64,000 bases of DNA from Candidatus Latescibacterota bacterium (GTDB lineage: Bacteria > Latescibacterota > UBA2968 > GCA-2709665), in NCBI GenBank assembly GCA_963667175.2, contig CAXXXF010000018.1:192001-256000 (forward strand), read 5' to 3'. Positions 1 through 10,642 of the stretch are shown one piece after another (within the stretch, counting starts at the first letter, position 1; every line of letters begins with the position of its first letter). The translations under genes were made by a program, and so were the position numbers. The notes below the pieces were generated by a model, which saw only the letters and a program-made list of their open reading frames with translations, was not told the DNA's origin and searched no databases.

Positions 1-319
1 CATAGACGCCGGCTACGATCGCGGTGGAACTGCTGCCCAGTCCGCGCGAGAGCGGAATGCCGTTGTTCATCTCGACTTCCAGGTCCGGCAGGGACCGGCC
101 GGCCCGTTGTGCGGCCGCGTCGACCGACCGGAAGAAGAGGTTGGACGCGTCCACAGGGAGCTTCCCGGCGCCTTCCCCAGTGATGCGCATGCGACGATGC
201 CCGTTGCCGGCCACCGTCCGAACCGCAATCCGGTTGTAGACGGTCAGCGCAAGGCCGAGGGCGTCGAAGCCGGGACCCAGGTTGGACGTGGAGCCGGGCG
301 TTCTCAGGCGTATTTCCAT
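1..319 (-). CDS. thrB: homoserine kinase, 5' part (runs off the window edge)
   Basis: Manual translation gives MEIRLRTPGSTSNLGPGFDALGLAL...NNGIPLSRGLGSS (GHMP kinase motifs); overlaps the hemW stop; not in the ORF track. Confidence 0.9.
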   Translation of the reverse strand, partial: MEIRLRTPGSTSNLGPGFDALGLALTVYNRIAVRTVAGNGHRRMRITGEGAGKLPVDASNLFFRSVDAAAQRAGRSLPDLEVEMNNGIPLSRGLGSSSTAIVAGVY

Positions 320-1422
320 TCCATCTCACTGACCAGTTCCGCGCTGACAAGATCCGCCAGCAGGAGTCCGCGGCGGGTGAGGCGGACCCTGCCCTCTCTC
401 CGTTCCAGGAGATGATCGGGAATCAGGGCGATCGTTCTGCCTGCCGTGTCCAGAAGCGATTCGGGAATGCCATGGGTTCGGCGGAGGCCAAGCATCACCT
501 GTTCCAGGCGCCTGTCGCGGGAGGAAATACGTTCCTCCCCTTCAACGGCGGCGCCAGACGACTCCACACTCCCTATATACGCCATGAGAGGGCGGATGTT
601 CCAGGTCCGCCGGTCGTTGAAGAAGGAATGGGCGGAAAGCCCGACGCCAAGGTACGCGCGCCTTTCCCAGCAGGCGATATTGTGACGGCATGCAAAACCG
701 GGTTGCGCGAAGTTCGAGACTTCGTACTGAACGAAACCGGCCCGGCACAGCTTCTCCTGGGCGGTCTCGTACATCTCGGCCTGAGCATCCTCGTGAGGCA
801 GCTGCAGGCGGTTTTTCTTCATTCTGCGGCCAAATGCCGTGCCGGGTTCGACGGTGAGCCCGTACACGGAGACATGCTCGGGCCCGAGGTCGATGGTTCG
901 ATCCAGGGTCTGTCCCCAGGCGTGAGCCGTCTGTCGCGGCGCGGAGAACATCAGGTCGATATTGATATTGCTGAAGCCGGCCCGGCGTGCGGCGCCGACG
1001 GCCGCAGCGGCGTCGGCGACAGTGTGACGCCTGCCCAGGGCCCGTAGCGCGGGGTTGTCCAGGGCCTGTACGCCCAGGCTGAGCCGATTCATGCCCATGG
1101 CCGCCAGCTCCGGAAACCGCGAATGGTCTTCGGGATTGGCTTCAGCGCTGATCTCCGCTTTCGGCGCGACGTGCGACAGCGAGCGGGCGGCATCCAGGAT
1201 TCGACGCAACGCTTCCGGCGGCATTTCCGAAGGCGTGCCGCCGCCGAAATAGACCGTATCGAAAACCGTGCGCCCGCCCATCCGGGGGAGGCGAGTCCGA
1301 AACTCGCGGATGACCGCGTCCGTATACCGTTCCGCCAGGCGCGTCTTGCCCACGTAAAAAGCGAAATCGCAATAAGGACACCTGGATTTGCAGAACGGAA
1401 CGTGGATATAGAGACCGGACAT
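304..1422 (-). CDS. hemW: radical SAM heme chaperone HemW (HemN-like)
   Basis: LYIHVPFCKSRCPYCDF (CxxxCxxC), YFGGGTPS, YEVSNFA. Confidence 0.93.
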   Translation of the reverse strand: MSGLYIHVPFCKSRCPYCDFAFYVGKTRLAERYTDAVIREFRTRLPRMGGRTVFDTVYFGGGTPSEMPPEALRRILDAARSLSHVAPKAEISAEANPEDHSRFPELAAMGMNRLSLGVQALDNPALRALGRRHTVADAAAAVGAARRAGFSNINIDLMFSAPRQTAHAWGQTLDRTIDLGPEHVSVYGLTVEPGTAFGRRMKKNRLQLPHEDAQAEMYETAQEKLCRAGFVQYEVSNFAQPGFACRHNIACWERRAYLGVGLSAHSFFNDRRTWNIRPLMAYIGSVESSGAAVEGEERISSRDRRLEQVMLGLRRTHGIPESLLDTAGRTIALIPDHLLERREGRVRLTRRGLLLADLVSAELVSEMEWKYA

Positions 1423-1456
1423 AAGCGTTGGAAACGCATGGAGCCGCGAACGGACT

Positions 1457-2218
1457 TTATTTAACCGTCCGCCCGATTCGGCTCCATCGTGCGCGCCCGA
1501 ATCCGTGTATCAGGTTGTATAGAGCCATTTGGGGAACTGAAAGGACGTTCTCGAACTTCGGCGCCTCGGGGTCAGGCGCCCACGACCAGTAGATGACGTT
1601 CGCCTTCGCCCGGATACGCTCTTTCTCCAGGAAACTCCAGTATCGGCTGTCCTCGCTGTTGTCCCGGTTGTCTCCCATCACGAAATAGTGCCCCGCGGGC
1701 ACTCTCCTGAGGCGCATGTTGTCGCGAATGCCGCCGGGCGACGAAACGGGCAGGATGATGGGATCCACGTATTTGGACAACGGCGGATCGATCGTGCGCT
1801 TTCCGTCCACGTAGAGGATCTTGTCGCGGATTTCGACCTCCTGACCGGGCACGGCCACCACGCGCTTGATAAAGTCCCGGGCCGGGTTTCTCGGGTACTC
1901 GAAAATGACGATATCGCCGGGTTCGGGATCTCTGAACCCTGGAATCCGTGCCTTCGTAAAGGGGATTTTGGCGCCGTAGACGATTTTGTTCGCCAGAAGA
2001 AAGTCGCCCACAAGGAGCGTGTTCTCCATGGAGCCCGTGGGAATGCTGAAGGCCTGAACCACAAAGGTTCTCAGAAAAAGCGCCAGGGCAACGGCCAACA
2101 GAATGGCTTCGAGGTATTCTCTGGCCACGGATTTTTTCCCTCGGCGGGTTCTTCGTGTACGCCCTTTCCTGGTCGGGGCCTTTTTTGCGGCCCGTGTGCG
2201 TCGTGCGGATTTGCCCAT
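1457..2218 (-). CDS. lepB: signal peptidase I
   Basis: TM helix, IPTGSMENTL (Ser), DFIKRV (Lys), MGDNRDNSEDSR; follows lepA. Confidence 0.96.
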   Translation of the reverse strand: MGKSARRTRAAKKAPTRKGRTRRTRRGKKSVAREYLEAILLAVALALFLRTFVVQAFSIPTGSMENTLLVGDFLLANKIVYGAKIPFTKARIPGFRDPEPGDIVIFEYPRNPARDFIKRVVAVPGQEVEIRDKILYVDGKRTIDPPLSKYVDPIILPVSSPGGIRDNMRLRRVPAGHYFVMGDNRDNSEDSRYWSFLEKERIRAKANVIYWSWAPDPEAPKFENVLSVPQMALYNLIHGFGRARWSRIGRTVK

Positions 2219-2249
2219 TTGTCCGGTATCGTCGCTCGGTTGGTGTCCC

Positions 2250-4049
2250 TTACATTTCCATGCGAAGGACGGCGAGGAATGCTTCCTGAGGGATTTCGAT
2301 GTTTCCCACCTGCTTCATCCTTCGTTTCCCTTCTCGCTGTCTCTCCAGGAGCTTTCGTTTTCTGGTCACGTCACCGCCGTAACACTTGGCGGTGACGTTC
2401 TTTCGGAACGGACGCACCGAAGTCCTGGAGATGACCTTTCTGCCGATGGCGGCCTGGATGACGACCTCGAACATCTGTCGCGGGATGAGTTCCTTGAGTC
2501 TGGAGCAGATCGCCCTTCCCCATTCGTAGGCCTTGTCCCTGTGGACAACTGCGGACAGCGCGTCCACGGGGTCTTCATTGATGAGCAGGTCGAGCTTGAC
2601 CAGGTCCGCGGGCCGGTGCTCCCGGTATTCGTAATCGAACGATGCATACCCTCGCGTAACTGATTTTAGGCGGTCATAGAAGTCGAGTACGATTTCGGAG
2701 AGGGGAAGTTCGTAACGCAGCAGGGCGCGCTCGGGATCCACGAATTCGGTGGTAATATAGATTCCCCTGCGGTCCTGGGCAACCTGCATGGCCGCGCCGA
2801 TGTATTCGGACGGTACCAGGATCTGGGCGTTGAGGACGGGTTCGGCGATTTCTTCGATCTGGACGGCGGCAGGCATCTCGGCGGGATTGTGCACGATCTC
2901 GACGTCCCCGTTGGTGAGCAGAACTTCGTATTCCACGTTGGGTACCGTGGTGATGATCTCCACGTCGAATTCGCGGGCGAGGCGTTCCTGTACGATCTCC
3001 ATATGAAGCAGGCCCAGGAAGCCGCAGCGGAAGCCGAATCCCAGGGCCGTTGACGTCTCCGGCTCGAAGCGGAGCGACGCGTCGTTCAGACGCAGTTTCT
3101 CCAGGGCCGTCCGGAGGTCGGTGTAGTCCTCCGCGTCGACAGGGTAGACGCCGGAAAACACCATGGGTTTGACTTCCTGGTACCCGGGCAGCGGTCTGCC
3201 GGCGGGCCGGCTGGACCCGGTAACCGTGTCGCCCACGTGGAGCTCTTCGAGGTCCTTCACACCCGCGATGAGATAGCCGACTTCTCCGGCCTGCAGCGTG
3301 CGCGTCTTGACACGTTTCAGTTTGAGGACGCCGATTTCTTCGGCCTCGAACTGACGTCCGGTTGAAAAGAAGCGGATGGGCATGTCGGTCCGGAGGGCGC
3401 CCTGGAAGATACGGATCGAGGCGACGGCGCCCCGGTACCGGTCGAAGATGGAGTCGAAGATCAGGGCCTGGAGGGCAGCGTCGGGATCGCCCTGGGGCGG
3501 CGGGATCCGTTCGATGATCGCCTGAAGCAGGGCTTCGACGCCGACGCCCTGTTTGGCGCTGATCTTATGGATATCGGATTCTTCGACCCCCAGAAGGTCG
3601 TGGATCTGCAGGATCACCCGGTCCACGTCGACGTTGGGCAGATCGATCTTGTTGATAACCGGGATGATCTCAAGGTCATGTTCCAGCGCAAGGAGCACGT
3701 TGCTGATCGTCTGTGCCTCCACGCCCTGCGCGGCGTCGACCAGGAGGAGGGCGCCTTCACAGGCGGCCAGGCTTCTGGATACCTCGTACGAAAAGTCGAC
3801 GTGCCCTGGCGTGTCGATGAGGTTGAGGATATACTTCTGACCGTTTGAAGAACGGTAGTCCATCCGGACGGCGTGGGACTTGATGGTGATTCCGCGCTCC
3901 CGCTCCAGGTCCATATCGTCCAGGACCTGGTCCATCATCTCGTTTCGAGACAGTGTCGAGGTCGTTTCCAGGAGTCGGTCCGCGAGGGTCGATTTGCCGT
4001 GGTCGACGTGGGCGATGATACAGAAGTTTCGGATGTTCCGGGCATTCAT
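2250..4049 (-). CDS. lepA: elongation factor 4
   Basis: [31 protein letters not shown]-terminal [16 protein letters not shown]. Confidence 0.98.
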   Translation of the reverse strand: MNARNIRNFCIIAHVDHGKSTLADRLLETTSTLSRNEMMDQVLDDMDLERERGITIKSHAVRMDYRSSNGQKYILNLIDTPGHVDFSYEVSRSLAACEGALLLVDAAQGVEAQTISNVLLALEHDLEIIPVINKIDLPNVDVDRVILQIHDLLGVEESDIHKISAKQGVGVEALLQAIIERIPPPQGDPDAALQALIFDSIFDRYRGAVASIRIFQGALRTDMPIRFFSTGRQFEAEEIGVLKLKRVKTRTLQAGEVGYLIAGVKDLEELHVGDTVTGSSRPAGRPLPGYQEVKPMVFSGVYPVDAEDYTDLRTALEKLRLNDASLRFEPETSTALGFGFRCGFLGLLHMEIVQERLAREFDVEIITTVPNVEYEVLLTNGDVEIVHNPAEMPAAVQIEEIAEPVLNAQILVPSEYIGAAMQVAQDRRGIYITTEFVDPERALLRYELPLSEIVLDFYDRLKSVTRGYASFDYEYREHRPADLVKLDLLINEDPVDALSAVVHRDKAYEWGRAICSRLKELIPRQMFEVVIQAAIGRKVISRTSVRPFRKNVTAKCYGGDVTRKRKLLERQREGKRRMKQVGNIEIPQEAFLAVLRMEM

Positions 4050-4121
4050 CGTCCGGATGTACTCCAATTAGTGGCAACTTCAAAAAATTCAACCGTCTAC
4101 ACGTTGTATATTGAAGGTTAG

Positions 4122-4150
4122 AATATACTCTGTTCAAGGGTTGAAGTCAA
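4122..4150 (-). promoter_or_regulatory. sigma70-type promoter for the lepA operon
   Basis: TTGACT-N17-TATATT. Confidence 0.6.
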
Positions 4151-4259
4151 CCGCGTATGGGGAATCGACCCGGCCCGGATTCGGGTTGCCGCCCGGTCAC
4201 CGGACGGGGTTGCTCATCGGGCGCAGGAGGACGGTAGTGGTTTCAGAAGGCTAAAGAGG

Positions 4260-4289
4260 TTGACATGCCGGGAAATCCGTCGGTATATT
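4260..4289 (+). promoter_or_regulatory. sigma70-type promoter
   Basis: TTGACA-N18-TATATT upstream of ORF 4345. Confidence 0.5.
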
Positions 4290-4344
4290 TCGAAAGCAAC
4301 CCGTCTGTTTCCCGGAACGTCATGAAGTAGGGAGATCCGGTTTT

Positions 4345-5556
4345 ATGGAGAGGCTTCGGATTGCGGTGCTCGGTGTGGGCGCCGACCCGGATTCCCGGGC
4401 ACGGCAGTATCTTGACACAATCGTCCGGTTGACGGACCATTACGAACTCATCGGGATCTGCGACCACAACGAACGCGCCCTGGCCGAAGCGTCCGCGGGT
4501 CCGTCAACGGTCCGTTTCCGGGATATCCGGTCCCTCTTTGCCGCGTCGCAGCCCGACGTGGTGCTGAGTATGACGCCCAAGGACTCCCACGTCGTGATCG
4601 CGATGACGGCCGCACGGCACGGCGCCCACGTCATCACGGAGATTCCCGTTGGGCTCACCCGGCGCTACGCGAGGGAAGTTGCGCGGATATGCGAGGAACA
4701 CGGCGTACTGTGGGAGGTGGCGGAGCAGGTGTGGCTCTGGCCTCGGGAGCGGCTTAAAAGGAGAATTATCGAAGCCGGCCTGCTGGGTGAGTTGACCCAT
4801 TCTCGATTGTGGTACCTGACGGGACAATACCACGGTTTCAACGGCGTCCGCTCCCTGCTGGGCGAAGAGGCGAAGCGGGTGCTGGGCTATTGCGGGGAAG
4901 TTCCCGCCCTGCCGTACGAGGCCTACGGCGGAGAGCCTGAGACCACGGTGATGTGGGACCACGCGGTGGTGGAATTCCAAAGCGGTCTCGCGTGCCTGTT
5001 TGAAAAGCCGCCGCGCGCCTTCCCCTCCCCGGCGCAGGGGTTCCCCACCGGTTGGCACGTGGAAGGGACCGGGGGACACCTGGCTCAGAGTCGACTTGTG
5101 CTGTACGGTGACAAGACGTCCCAGGCGTACGACCTGCAGGAGCGTTACGTGGAAATCGACGGAGAGCAGGTGCTCGACGCGGCGCACGTGGATACGGACC
5201 CGCCCGTGGTCTGGGAAAATCCATACGGAAAGTGGCTGATCGGGTCGGCTGACGACGTCGCCAAGGCGAGCATTCTGGTGAGTTTTCACCGGGCGATTAC
5301 CGAAGGCGGCCCGCCGCGGTACGGCCATGAGAACGCGTTGAAAGATTGGGAAATCTGCCTGGCGGTCCGGGAGAGCGCCGATCGGGGGAATACCTGGGTC
5401 GATTTGCCGCTGGGCGAACCGACGGACCTCGAACGGAAAATCGAAGCGGAATTCGTACGGCGCTATGGGCACGACCCGATTGAGGCGCCTGAAAGACTGT
5501 TGGACGCGAACTTCACCCGGTCGGCAACCCTGTGGCCCTTCGCGCACTGGTTGTGA
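4345..5556 (+). CDS. Gfo/Idh/MocA family oxidoreductase
   Basis: Rossmann start LRIAVLGVG; HVITEIP (variant of the EKP motif); GGAGA RBS. Confidence 0.8.
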   Translation: MERLRIAVLGVGADPDSRARQYLDTIVRLTDHYELIGICDHNERALAEASAGPSTVRFRDIRSLFAASQPDVVLSMTPKDSHVVIAMTAARHGAHVITEIPVGLTRRYAREVARICEEHGVLWEVAEQVWLWPRERLKRRIIEAGLLGELTHSRLWYLTGQYHGFNGVRSLLGEEAKRVLGYCGEVPALPYEAYGGEPETTVMWDHAVVEFQSGLACLFEKPPRAFPSPAQGFPTGWHVEGTGGHLAQSRLVLYGDKTSQAYDLQERYVEIDGEQVLDAAHVDTDPPVVWENPYGKWLIGSADDVAKASILVSFHRAITEGGPPRYGHENALKDWEICLAVRESADRGNTWVDLPLGEPTDLERKIEAEFVRRYGHDPIEAPERLLDANFTRSATLWPFAHWL

Positions 5557-5632
5557 GGGAGAGAAGGCGCGGCCAGAGGTTTGCCCACAAGTAGATGTTG
5601 ACAAACCTTGCCACCGAGGCCGGAGTTGATAT

Positions 5633-6004
5633 GTGGGCCCGTCCGTCGAGTCAATGCTGGTTCACCTTGTATTGAGAATTGTTCCAGAATGGTCGTTAGA
5701 AGAGCACCACAGAGTCTACCGTGACTATTTTCGAGATCAAGGTAATAAGAATGGATTGAAGGTTTCCCGCACGCTCGAGTCAGGTCTCTCGCTTGAGCTT
5801 GCTGAGCGGTACCGCGCCGAGGGCGTGGTCGAGACTGCACGTGATCTCTTGGGCCACGCCGTTGAGAATCATCCAGGACATGCAGGGTTGTTATATCTGG
5901 AAAAAGCCTTCGATCCGAATAAACCCATCACTTGGCTTGATGTAGTGGCACATCGAAAGTTCACGAAAAACCATGATAAAGTGGAGGATGAGCGGAATCT
6001 CTGA
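5633..6004 (+). CDS. hypothetical protein (lower GC, possibly a fragment)
   Basis: 123-aa ORF with a helical TPR-like segment; no clear motif. Confidence 0.4.
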   Translation: MGPSVESMLVHLVLRIVPEWSLEEHHRVYRDYFRDQGNKNGLKVSRTLESGLSLELAERYRAEGVVETARDLLGHAVENHPGHAGLLYLEKAFDPNKPITWLDVVAHRKFTKNHDKVEDERNL

Positions 6005-6178
6005 GTACCAGATGCTATATGAAGTACGAGAACTCTCCACGCGAGTATCGTGGATACTGGACCACCGGGAGCAGAGTGTAAATCTTCAATTAGATCGGGA
6101 ATATGTGGAATGTCGAGAGCAGACGGTGGCTGTAGAGGTACGGAAAGCGGCCTACGGTACCGGGCTACCGGTAGGGGT

Positions 6179-6640
6179 TCAGAGTCTCTGCAGATGGGTG
6201 AAATTCACGGCGGCTGAAGGATTTTTTTCGAGGGCGGCGAGATAAAGGTCCAGATCTACGGTAAGCAGCGGTGTCTCCGCCGTGACCACCTCCAGGAGCG
6301 CGGCATCCGTCAGTCCGAGGCGTCTGAACTGACTGTTGTCAGATGCCTTTGCGCTTGTAACGGTTATCTCTTCGCTCTCGTGGATGATGAATCGAAGCCG
6401 GTCGAAAAAGAGGGAACGCTCCGGGTCCCGGTGTTGGGCGAGCAGATTGGATGTTTCGGTAAGCGTGTTCGGCGTGACGTACACACGGATTACCGGGTCG
6501 ATGACGTTTAGCAAGAGATCGTAGTCTTCCTCTCCGAATTTTCGCAGTCTGCGATGTTTGGATATCAGTTCGCGACCAACGCTTCCGACGACGAGCAATA
6601 CGAGAAGATTCGCGTCAATGAAAATTCCGGTTGGGGTCAT
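6179..6640 (-). CDS. PIN domain protein (putative toxin)
   Basis: IFIDANLL, TPNTLTE, LGLTDAALL, LLTVDLDL: acidic PIN motifs. Confidence 0.85.
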   Translation of the reverse strand: MTPTGIFIDANLLVLLVVGSVGRELISKHRRLRKFGEEDYDLLLNVIDPVIRVYVTPNTLTETSNLLAQHRDPERSLFFDRLRFIIHESEEITVTSAKASDNSQFRRLGLTDAALLEVVTAETPLLTVDLDLYLAALEKNPSAAVNFTHLQRL

Positions 6641-6644
6641 CGGA

Positions 6645-6941
6645 TTATTTCGAAGCCGCAAAGACGCGTTCCTTCACCGATATGACCCGGCCGTCCTCGT
6701 CGTTGATTCGAAGGACCTTATAGGACCGTGCCGGGCGTCCTTCACCAAGCGCCGCAGTTAAAGGATTCTTTTGGTCCCACGGACGCGAAAAGCCGACGGT
6801 TATTTTCCAATCAAAGGAATCCTCGTCGAACTCCACTTCCTCGAGACCGACGTTGGCGATTCCCTCGCCGTCGAAGAGGTCAATCAGGTATTCCTTCGCC
6901 ACCTGGGCGGCTTCTCGTACGTCCATATTCGTATCGTCCAT
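6645..6941 (-). CDS. small acidic protein, putative partner of the PIN protein
   Basis: GGAGA RBS; VGLEEVEFDE...WKITVGF; ends 4 bp before the PIN gene. Confidence 0.7.
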   Translation of the reverse strand: MDDTNMDVREAAQVAKEYLIDLFDGEGIANVGLEEVEFDEDSFDWKITVGFSRPWDQKNPLTAALGEGRPARSYKVLRINDEDGRVISVKERVFAASK

Positions 6942-7090
6942 TGAGGTCTCCACGATTTGTTCACAGCCCCGAAACTCTACAAAAATCAACTGTCGCCCAA
7001 TATACCCAAAACCACAACCTCGGGCAACATGCCTGCTCAAATATCCGTGACATAGGCAGATGAAACCCAGCAGTTGGAGAGGATCTGTGC

Positions 7091-8200
7091 GTGAAAATTG
7101 ACTCCGCGGAAATCAGATACGTGGAACTGCCGCTGATTTCGCCCTGGCGGACCGCTTACGGCGAGGATGCGTCAATCCATTCCGTGATGGTCAAACTAAG
7201 CGGCGGCGGGGCGGAGGCCTGGGGCGAGGCTGCGCCGTTCTACGCCCCGACCTATTCGCCCGAATCCGCGCGGTCCGTCTATGAGACGGCCCGGGAGTTT
7301 TTCCTGCCGCGGATCGTCGGCCATACGCTGGACTCGGCCGACGAAGTCATGGATCGGATATCGATCTACAAGGGAAATCCGTTCTCCAAAGCGGCGGTGG
7401 AGACGGCGTGGTGGGCGCTGGACAGCAAGCTGAAGGGCCTCCCGCTCTGGCGCGCGCTGGGAGCGGACGAGCCGGTGGTGCGATGCGGCGCCGATTTCGG
7501 CGTCCAGGATTCGATCGACGAGCTTCTTGCGCTGATTCAGGGCGCGGTGGACGCGGGTTTCCCGCGGATCAAGCTGAAGGTCAAACACGGGTGGGACATC
7601 GAGATGCTGGACGCCGTCAGGTCGGCCTTTCCCGGTCCGGTGATTCACGTGGATTGCAATTCCGGCTACGACCTGAAAGCGGATTTCGACACGCTCAAGG
7701 CATTCGACCGGTTCAACCTGGCCATGATCGAACAGCCTCTGGACCATACCGATCTCATCGAGCACGCCGAATTGCAGCGCCAGATTGAGACGCCGGTGTG
7801 CCTGGACGAATCGGTGACGCGGCCGCGGGACTTCGAACTCGCGCTGAAGGCGGGCGCCTGCCGCGTGATCAACGTCAAGCCGGGACGCGTGGGCGGGCTG
7901 CGAAACGCCGTACGGATTCACGATATGGCGCGGGACGCGGGGATGGCGGCCTGGGTGGGCGGCATGCTGGAAAGCGGTGTGGGCGCCGGGATTTGCGCCG
8001 CACTGGGGACGCTGCCGGGATTCACCTATCCGGCGGACGTGTTTCCTTCTTCCAAGTTCTACGCCGAGGACATTACGGACCGATGGATACAGCAGGATGA
8101 GAATTGCAACGTTGTGCTGGACGACACGCGTGGCGTGGGATTCGATCCGGCGCCTGAAAGGCTGGATGCGGTGACTTCAATATGTGAGGTGATTGACTGA
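7091..8200 (+). CDS. menC: o-succinylbenzoate synthase / N-acylamino acid racemase (enolase superfamily)
   Basis: RIKLKV, VDCN, IEQP, CLDES, INVKPGRVGG, GGMLESGVG. Confidence 0.8.
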   Translation: MKIDSAEIRYVELPLISPWRTAYGEDASIHSVMVKLSGGGAEAWGEAAPFYAPTYSPESARSVYETAREFFLPRIVGHTLDSADEVMDRISIYKGNPFSKAAVETAWWALDSKLKGLPLWRALGADEPVVRCGADFGVQDSIDELLALIQGAVDAGFPRIKLKVKHGWDIEMLDAVRSAFPGPVIHVDCNSGYDLKADFDTLKAFDRFNLAMIEQPLDHTDLIEHAELQRQIETPVCLDESVTRPRDFELALKAGACRVINVKPGRVGGLRNAVRIHDMARDAGMAAWVGGMLESGVGAGICAALGTLPGFTYPADVFPSSKFYAEDITDRWIQQDENCNVVLDDTRGVGFDPAPERLDAVTSICEVID

Positions 8201-8223
8201 GGAGATTCAATGGAAGTGATCTC

Positions 8224-8258
8224 CCCGTCGCTGATGACAATAGGTGACGGGTTTTTTT
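8224..8258 (+). terminator. intrinsic terminator
   Basis: CCCGTCGC/GTGACGGG stem followed by T7. Confidence 0.7.
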
Positions 8259-9606
8259 ATTCGAATAACTGTGCCAGCAGGTCGCCCGCGACGTTCTCCA
8301 TGGCCGTTGCCGTACCGACGCCGCCCAGGGACGAATTGGCTGCCCAGGTCTCGTAGCCGCCCTCCTCGGTGAGCGCTGTGTCGGTGCAGATATAGCCGAT
8401 GTAACCGTTGGCAAGGCTCACGACGAAGACGGGGCCGGCGGATGTTCGCGACTTGATATTCAGGCCCGATTCGACGAAAACTTCTCCTGGCAGCGCCACA
8501 ATGGCGGAGTTCCCGAGGCTGAAGGCCTGTACAGTGGCGCTCATCCTGGACGGGAGTTGCGCGAGGCGCTTGCATTCCATGGCGTAGACGTCCACGATCG
8601 ACCGGGGGATCGGTTGGCCCACAACCCAGCTGAAGGGTCCGGTATCGTATTCGGGCGGATCGTCCGGCGACGCCAGGATCCTATCGGCCATCTCCAGGTC
8701 TTCGGATGTGATCGTTCTGGGTGAGAAGTCAAAGGTACCCGTTACTGCCCTGAGGTCGAGGGTGTCCTGCATGTCCATGAGCTGGATTTCGGTGAGCGCA
8801 TGGCCGGCCAGGACGTTGGCCATTTTCTTCGCGTGGACGTGGCCCCGGTCTTTCCATCTGCGGCGCCCGCTGAAGTCGATATTGTTGATCTGGCCGGAGG
8901 CCGCGTTCCAGAGGAGCGGGACGCACTCCCCGCCCAGGCAGCCCTGCATCTGCCGGAAGAAGTGCCCGAAATAATCCGCCGAAATACCGCCGCCGGCGCC
9001 GATATAGTGGAGCGAGTAGCAGGCGACGGCCGACAGTGGGTTGCCATCGTGGTCTTCGACGTAGAACATCGCCAGTTCGGGGTCGGTCGGGCCGGTGGGT
9101 TCGATCAGATTCGGATCGGCCACCCCCGGGTTCATCCGGACGGTTCCGTCCTTCATCCGCCAGCGGCGGTTGAACGCGATGCGGTCCTCCTGCACGCTGG
9201 CGAAGCCGATTCGCGCGGGGCGCAGGCGGCGGCACGCGAGTTCGGCTGCGTCGGCGATCTTGAGATGGAGCCATTCGATATAGTCTAAGTCGCCGTCCGT
9301 ACCCAGCAGATCGGCAATGCCGCCCCCGCTGTGCGTGTGGGTGGCGTTGATCAACGTGTGAGCGACGGGGATGCCGCACCGCTGAGCGACGCGCTGCCTG
9401 GCGCGTTCCGAGATATTCTGAGGCATGCAGATGAGGTCGCAGGTGATGAAGGCCAAACGGGCGCGGCCGTTGTCCAGCACAAGGGCTTTGGCCAGGAGTT
9501 CGTCGTCAACGTCTTCGGCGTACCTTGCCCGATGCCCGCCCGGAATGGTCACGCCCAGCCATGGGGTGATGTTGGACGTGGCGGCGCCTGCCTGTAAAGT
9601 GCCCAT
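8257..9606 (-). CDS. neutral/alkaline ceramidase-like metallohydrolase
   Basis: DELLAKALVLD, INATHTHSG, ALPGEVF, LANGYIGY, GGYE motifs; AAGGAG RBS. Confidence 0.75.
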   Translation of the reverse strand: MGTLQAGAATSNITPWLGVTIPGGHRARYAEDVDDELLAKALVLDNGRARLAFITCDLICMPQNISERARQRVAQRCGIPVAHTLINATHTHSGGGIADLLGTDGDLDYIEWLHLKIADAAELACRRLRPARIGFASVQEDRIAFNRRWRMKDGTVRMNPGVADPNLIEPTGPTDPELAMFYVEDHDGNPLSAVACYSLHYIGAGGGISADYFGHFFRQMQGCLGGECVPLLWNAASGQINNIDFSGRRRWKDRGHVHAKKMANVLAGHALTEIQLMDMQDTLDLRAVTGTFDFSPRTITSEDLEMADRILASPDDPPEYDTGPFSWVVGQPIPRSIVDVYAMECKRLAQLPSRMSATVQAFSLGNSAIVALPGEVFVESGLNIKSRTSAGPVFVVSLANGYIGYICTDTALTEEGGYETWAANSSLGGVGTATAMENVAGDLLAQLFE

Positions 9607-9620
9607 AGCAGATCTCCTTG

Positions 9621-10622
9621 CTATTCGATTCTCAGGAATTCCCCGCCCCTGCGCGCGGATGCTTCCGCCATGATGCATGCTTTGGCGACAGCCAGTACGT
9701 CCGACGTCGATATGAAATTCTCTTCGCCATTGGAGAATGCGTTCACCATGCGTTCCACAAAGCCGGTGTTGCGCTCGGGCGGGAATGCGGGTTCGTAAGC
9801 GCCCCTGCCGTCGGCGACGATGAGCAGGCTGTCTCCGGCATAGGCCCGCAGGTGGGCCGAACCCTTCGTACCCATGATGATGAAGCGCGTGTCTCCGAAT
9901 GAAGGGGAGTCAACGGGTGTCAGCCAATCCGCCGTGAGCAGGGCGCACGCTCCCGTGCTCATCTGAAACGACGCCTGGACGTGATCCATCTCCAGCATTT
10001 GGGGGCCATCCGTGTGTTTCTTGCACGTGCCGATGGCGTGGACGCCCACGCATTCTCCGCCGGTGAGCCACCGGACCTGGTCCACGCCGTGGCATGCGAC
10101 GTCGCTGAACGTGCCCGTATAGATTTCGGGATCGAAATACCAGTCGGGCGCCCAGTCGCCCAGTTTGTGGGGATGGGTGGAGATAAGGCTGACGATTTCC
10201 CCGAGTTCTCCTGCCAGAATGGCTTCCCTCAGCGCGATGAAGGGCGGGTAACTGCGAGAGGTATACAACATGGTCAGGCGGACGTCGTGGGCCCGGACTG
10301 CAGTCCGGATGCGATTCCAGTCCTCCAGCGACCGGCAGAGCGGTTTGTCCAGAAAGACGTGCGCGCCGGCCGCGGCGCAGGTCTCGATCATGTCCACCTT
10401 TTCGTGGTGGCCCACGCCTTCCATGACGATCTCGGCCCGGGTTGCGTCCAGCATATTCTGGAGCGTGGGAAATCGGGGGACGTGGACGTCGCGGGTAACC
10501 TGTTCGTATAGGGCATCGTCGGGTTCCACGATCCCGACCAGTTCCGCATTGGGGGCGTTGACGGCCGACCGGAACATGCCGCCGATGTGCCCGTAGTGGA
10601 CGCCCATGACTGCAATTTTCAT
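9621..10622 (-). CDS. Gfo/Idh/MocA family oxidoreductase
   Basis: MKIAVMG, HVFLDKP, DVACHGVD. Confidence 0.88.
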   Translation of the reverse strand: MKIAVMGVHYGHIGGMFRSAVNAPNAELVGIVEPDDALYEQVTRDVHVPRFPTLQNMLDATRAEIVMEGVGHHEKVDMIETCAAAGAHVFLDKPLCRSLEDWNRIRTAVRAHDVRLTMLYTSRSYPPFIALREAILAGELGEIVSLISTHPHKLGDWAPDWYFDPEIYTGTFSDVACHGVDQVRWLTGGECVGVHAIGTCKKHTDGPQMLEMDHVQASFQMSTGACALLTADWLTPVDSPSFGDTRFIIMGTKGSAHLRAYAGDSLLIVADGRGAYEPAFPPERNTGFVERMVNAFSNGEENFISTSDVLAVAKACIMAEASARRGGEFLRIE

Positions 10623-10642
10623 CGTATTGCTCCTTCTGACGG

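Noticed and set aside
5973-6245. 90-aa ORF bridging the orphan gene and the PIN gene
   Set aside because: Overlaps both neighbours, has no motif, and includes degenerate repeat sequence.
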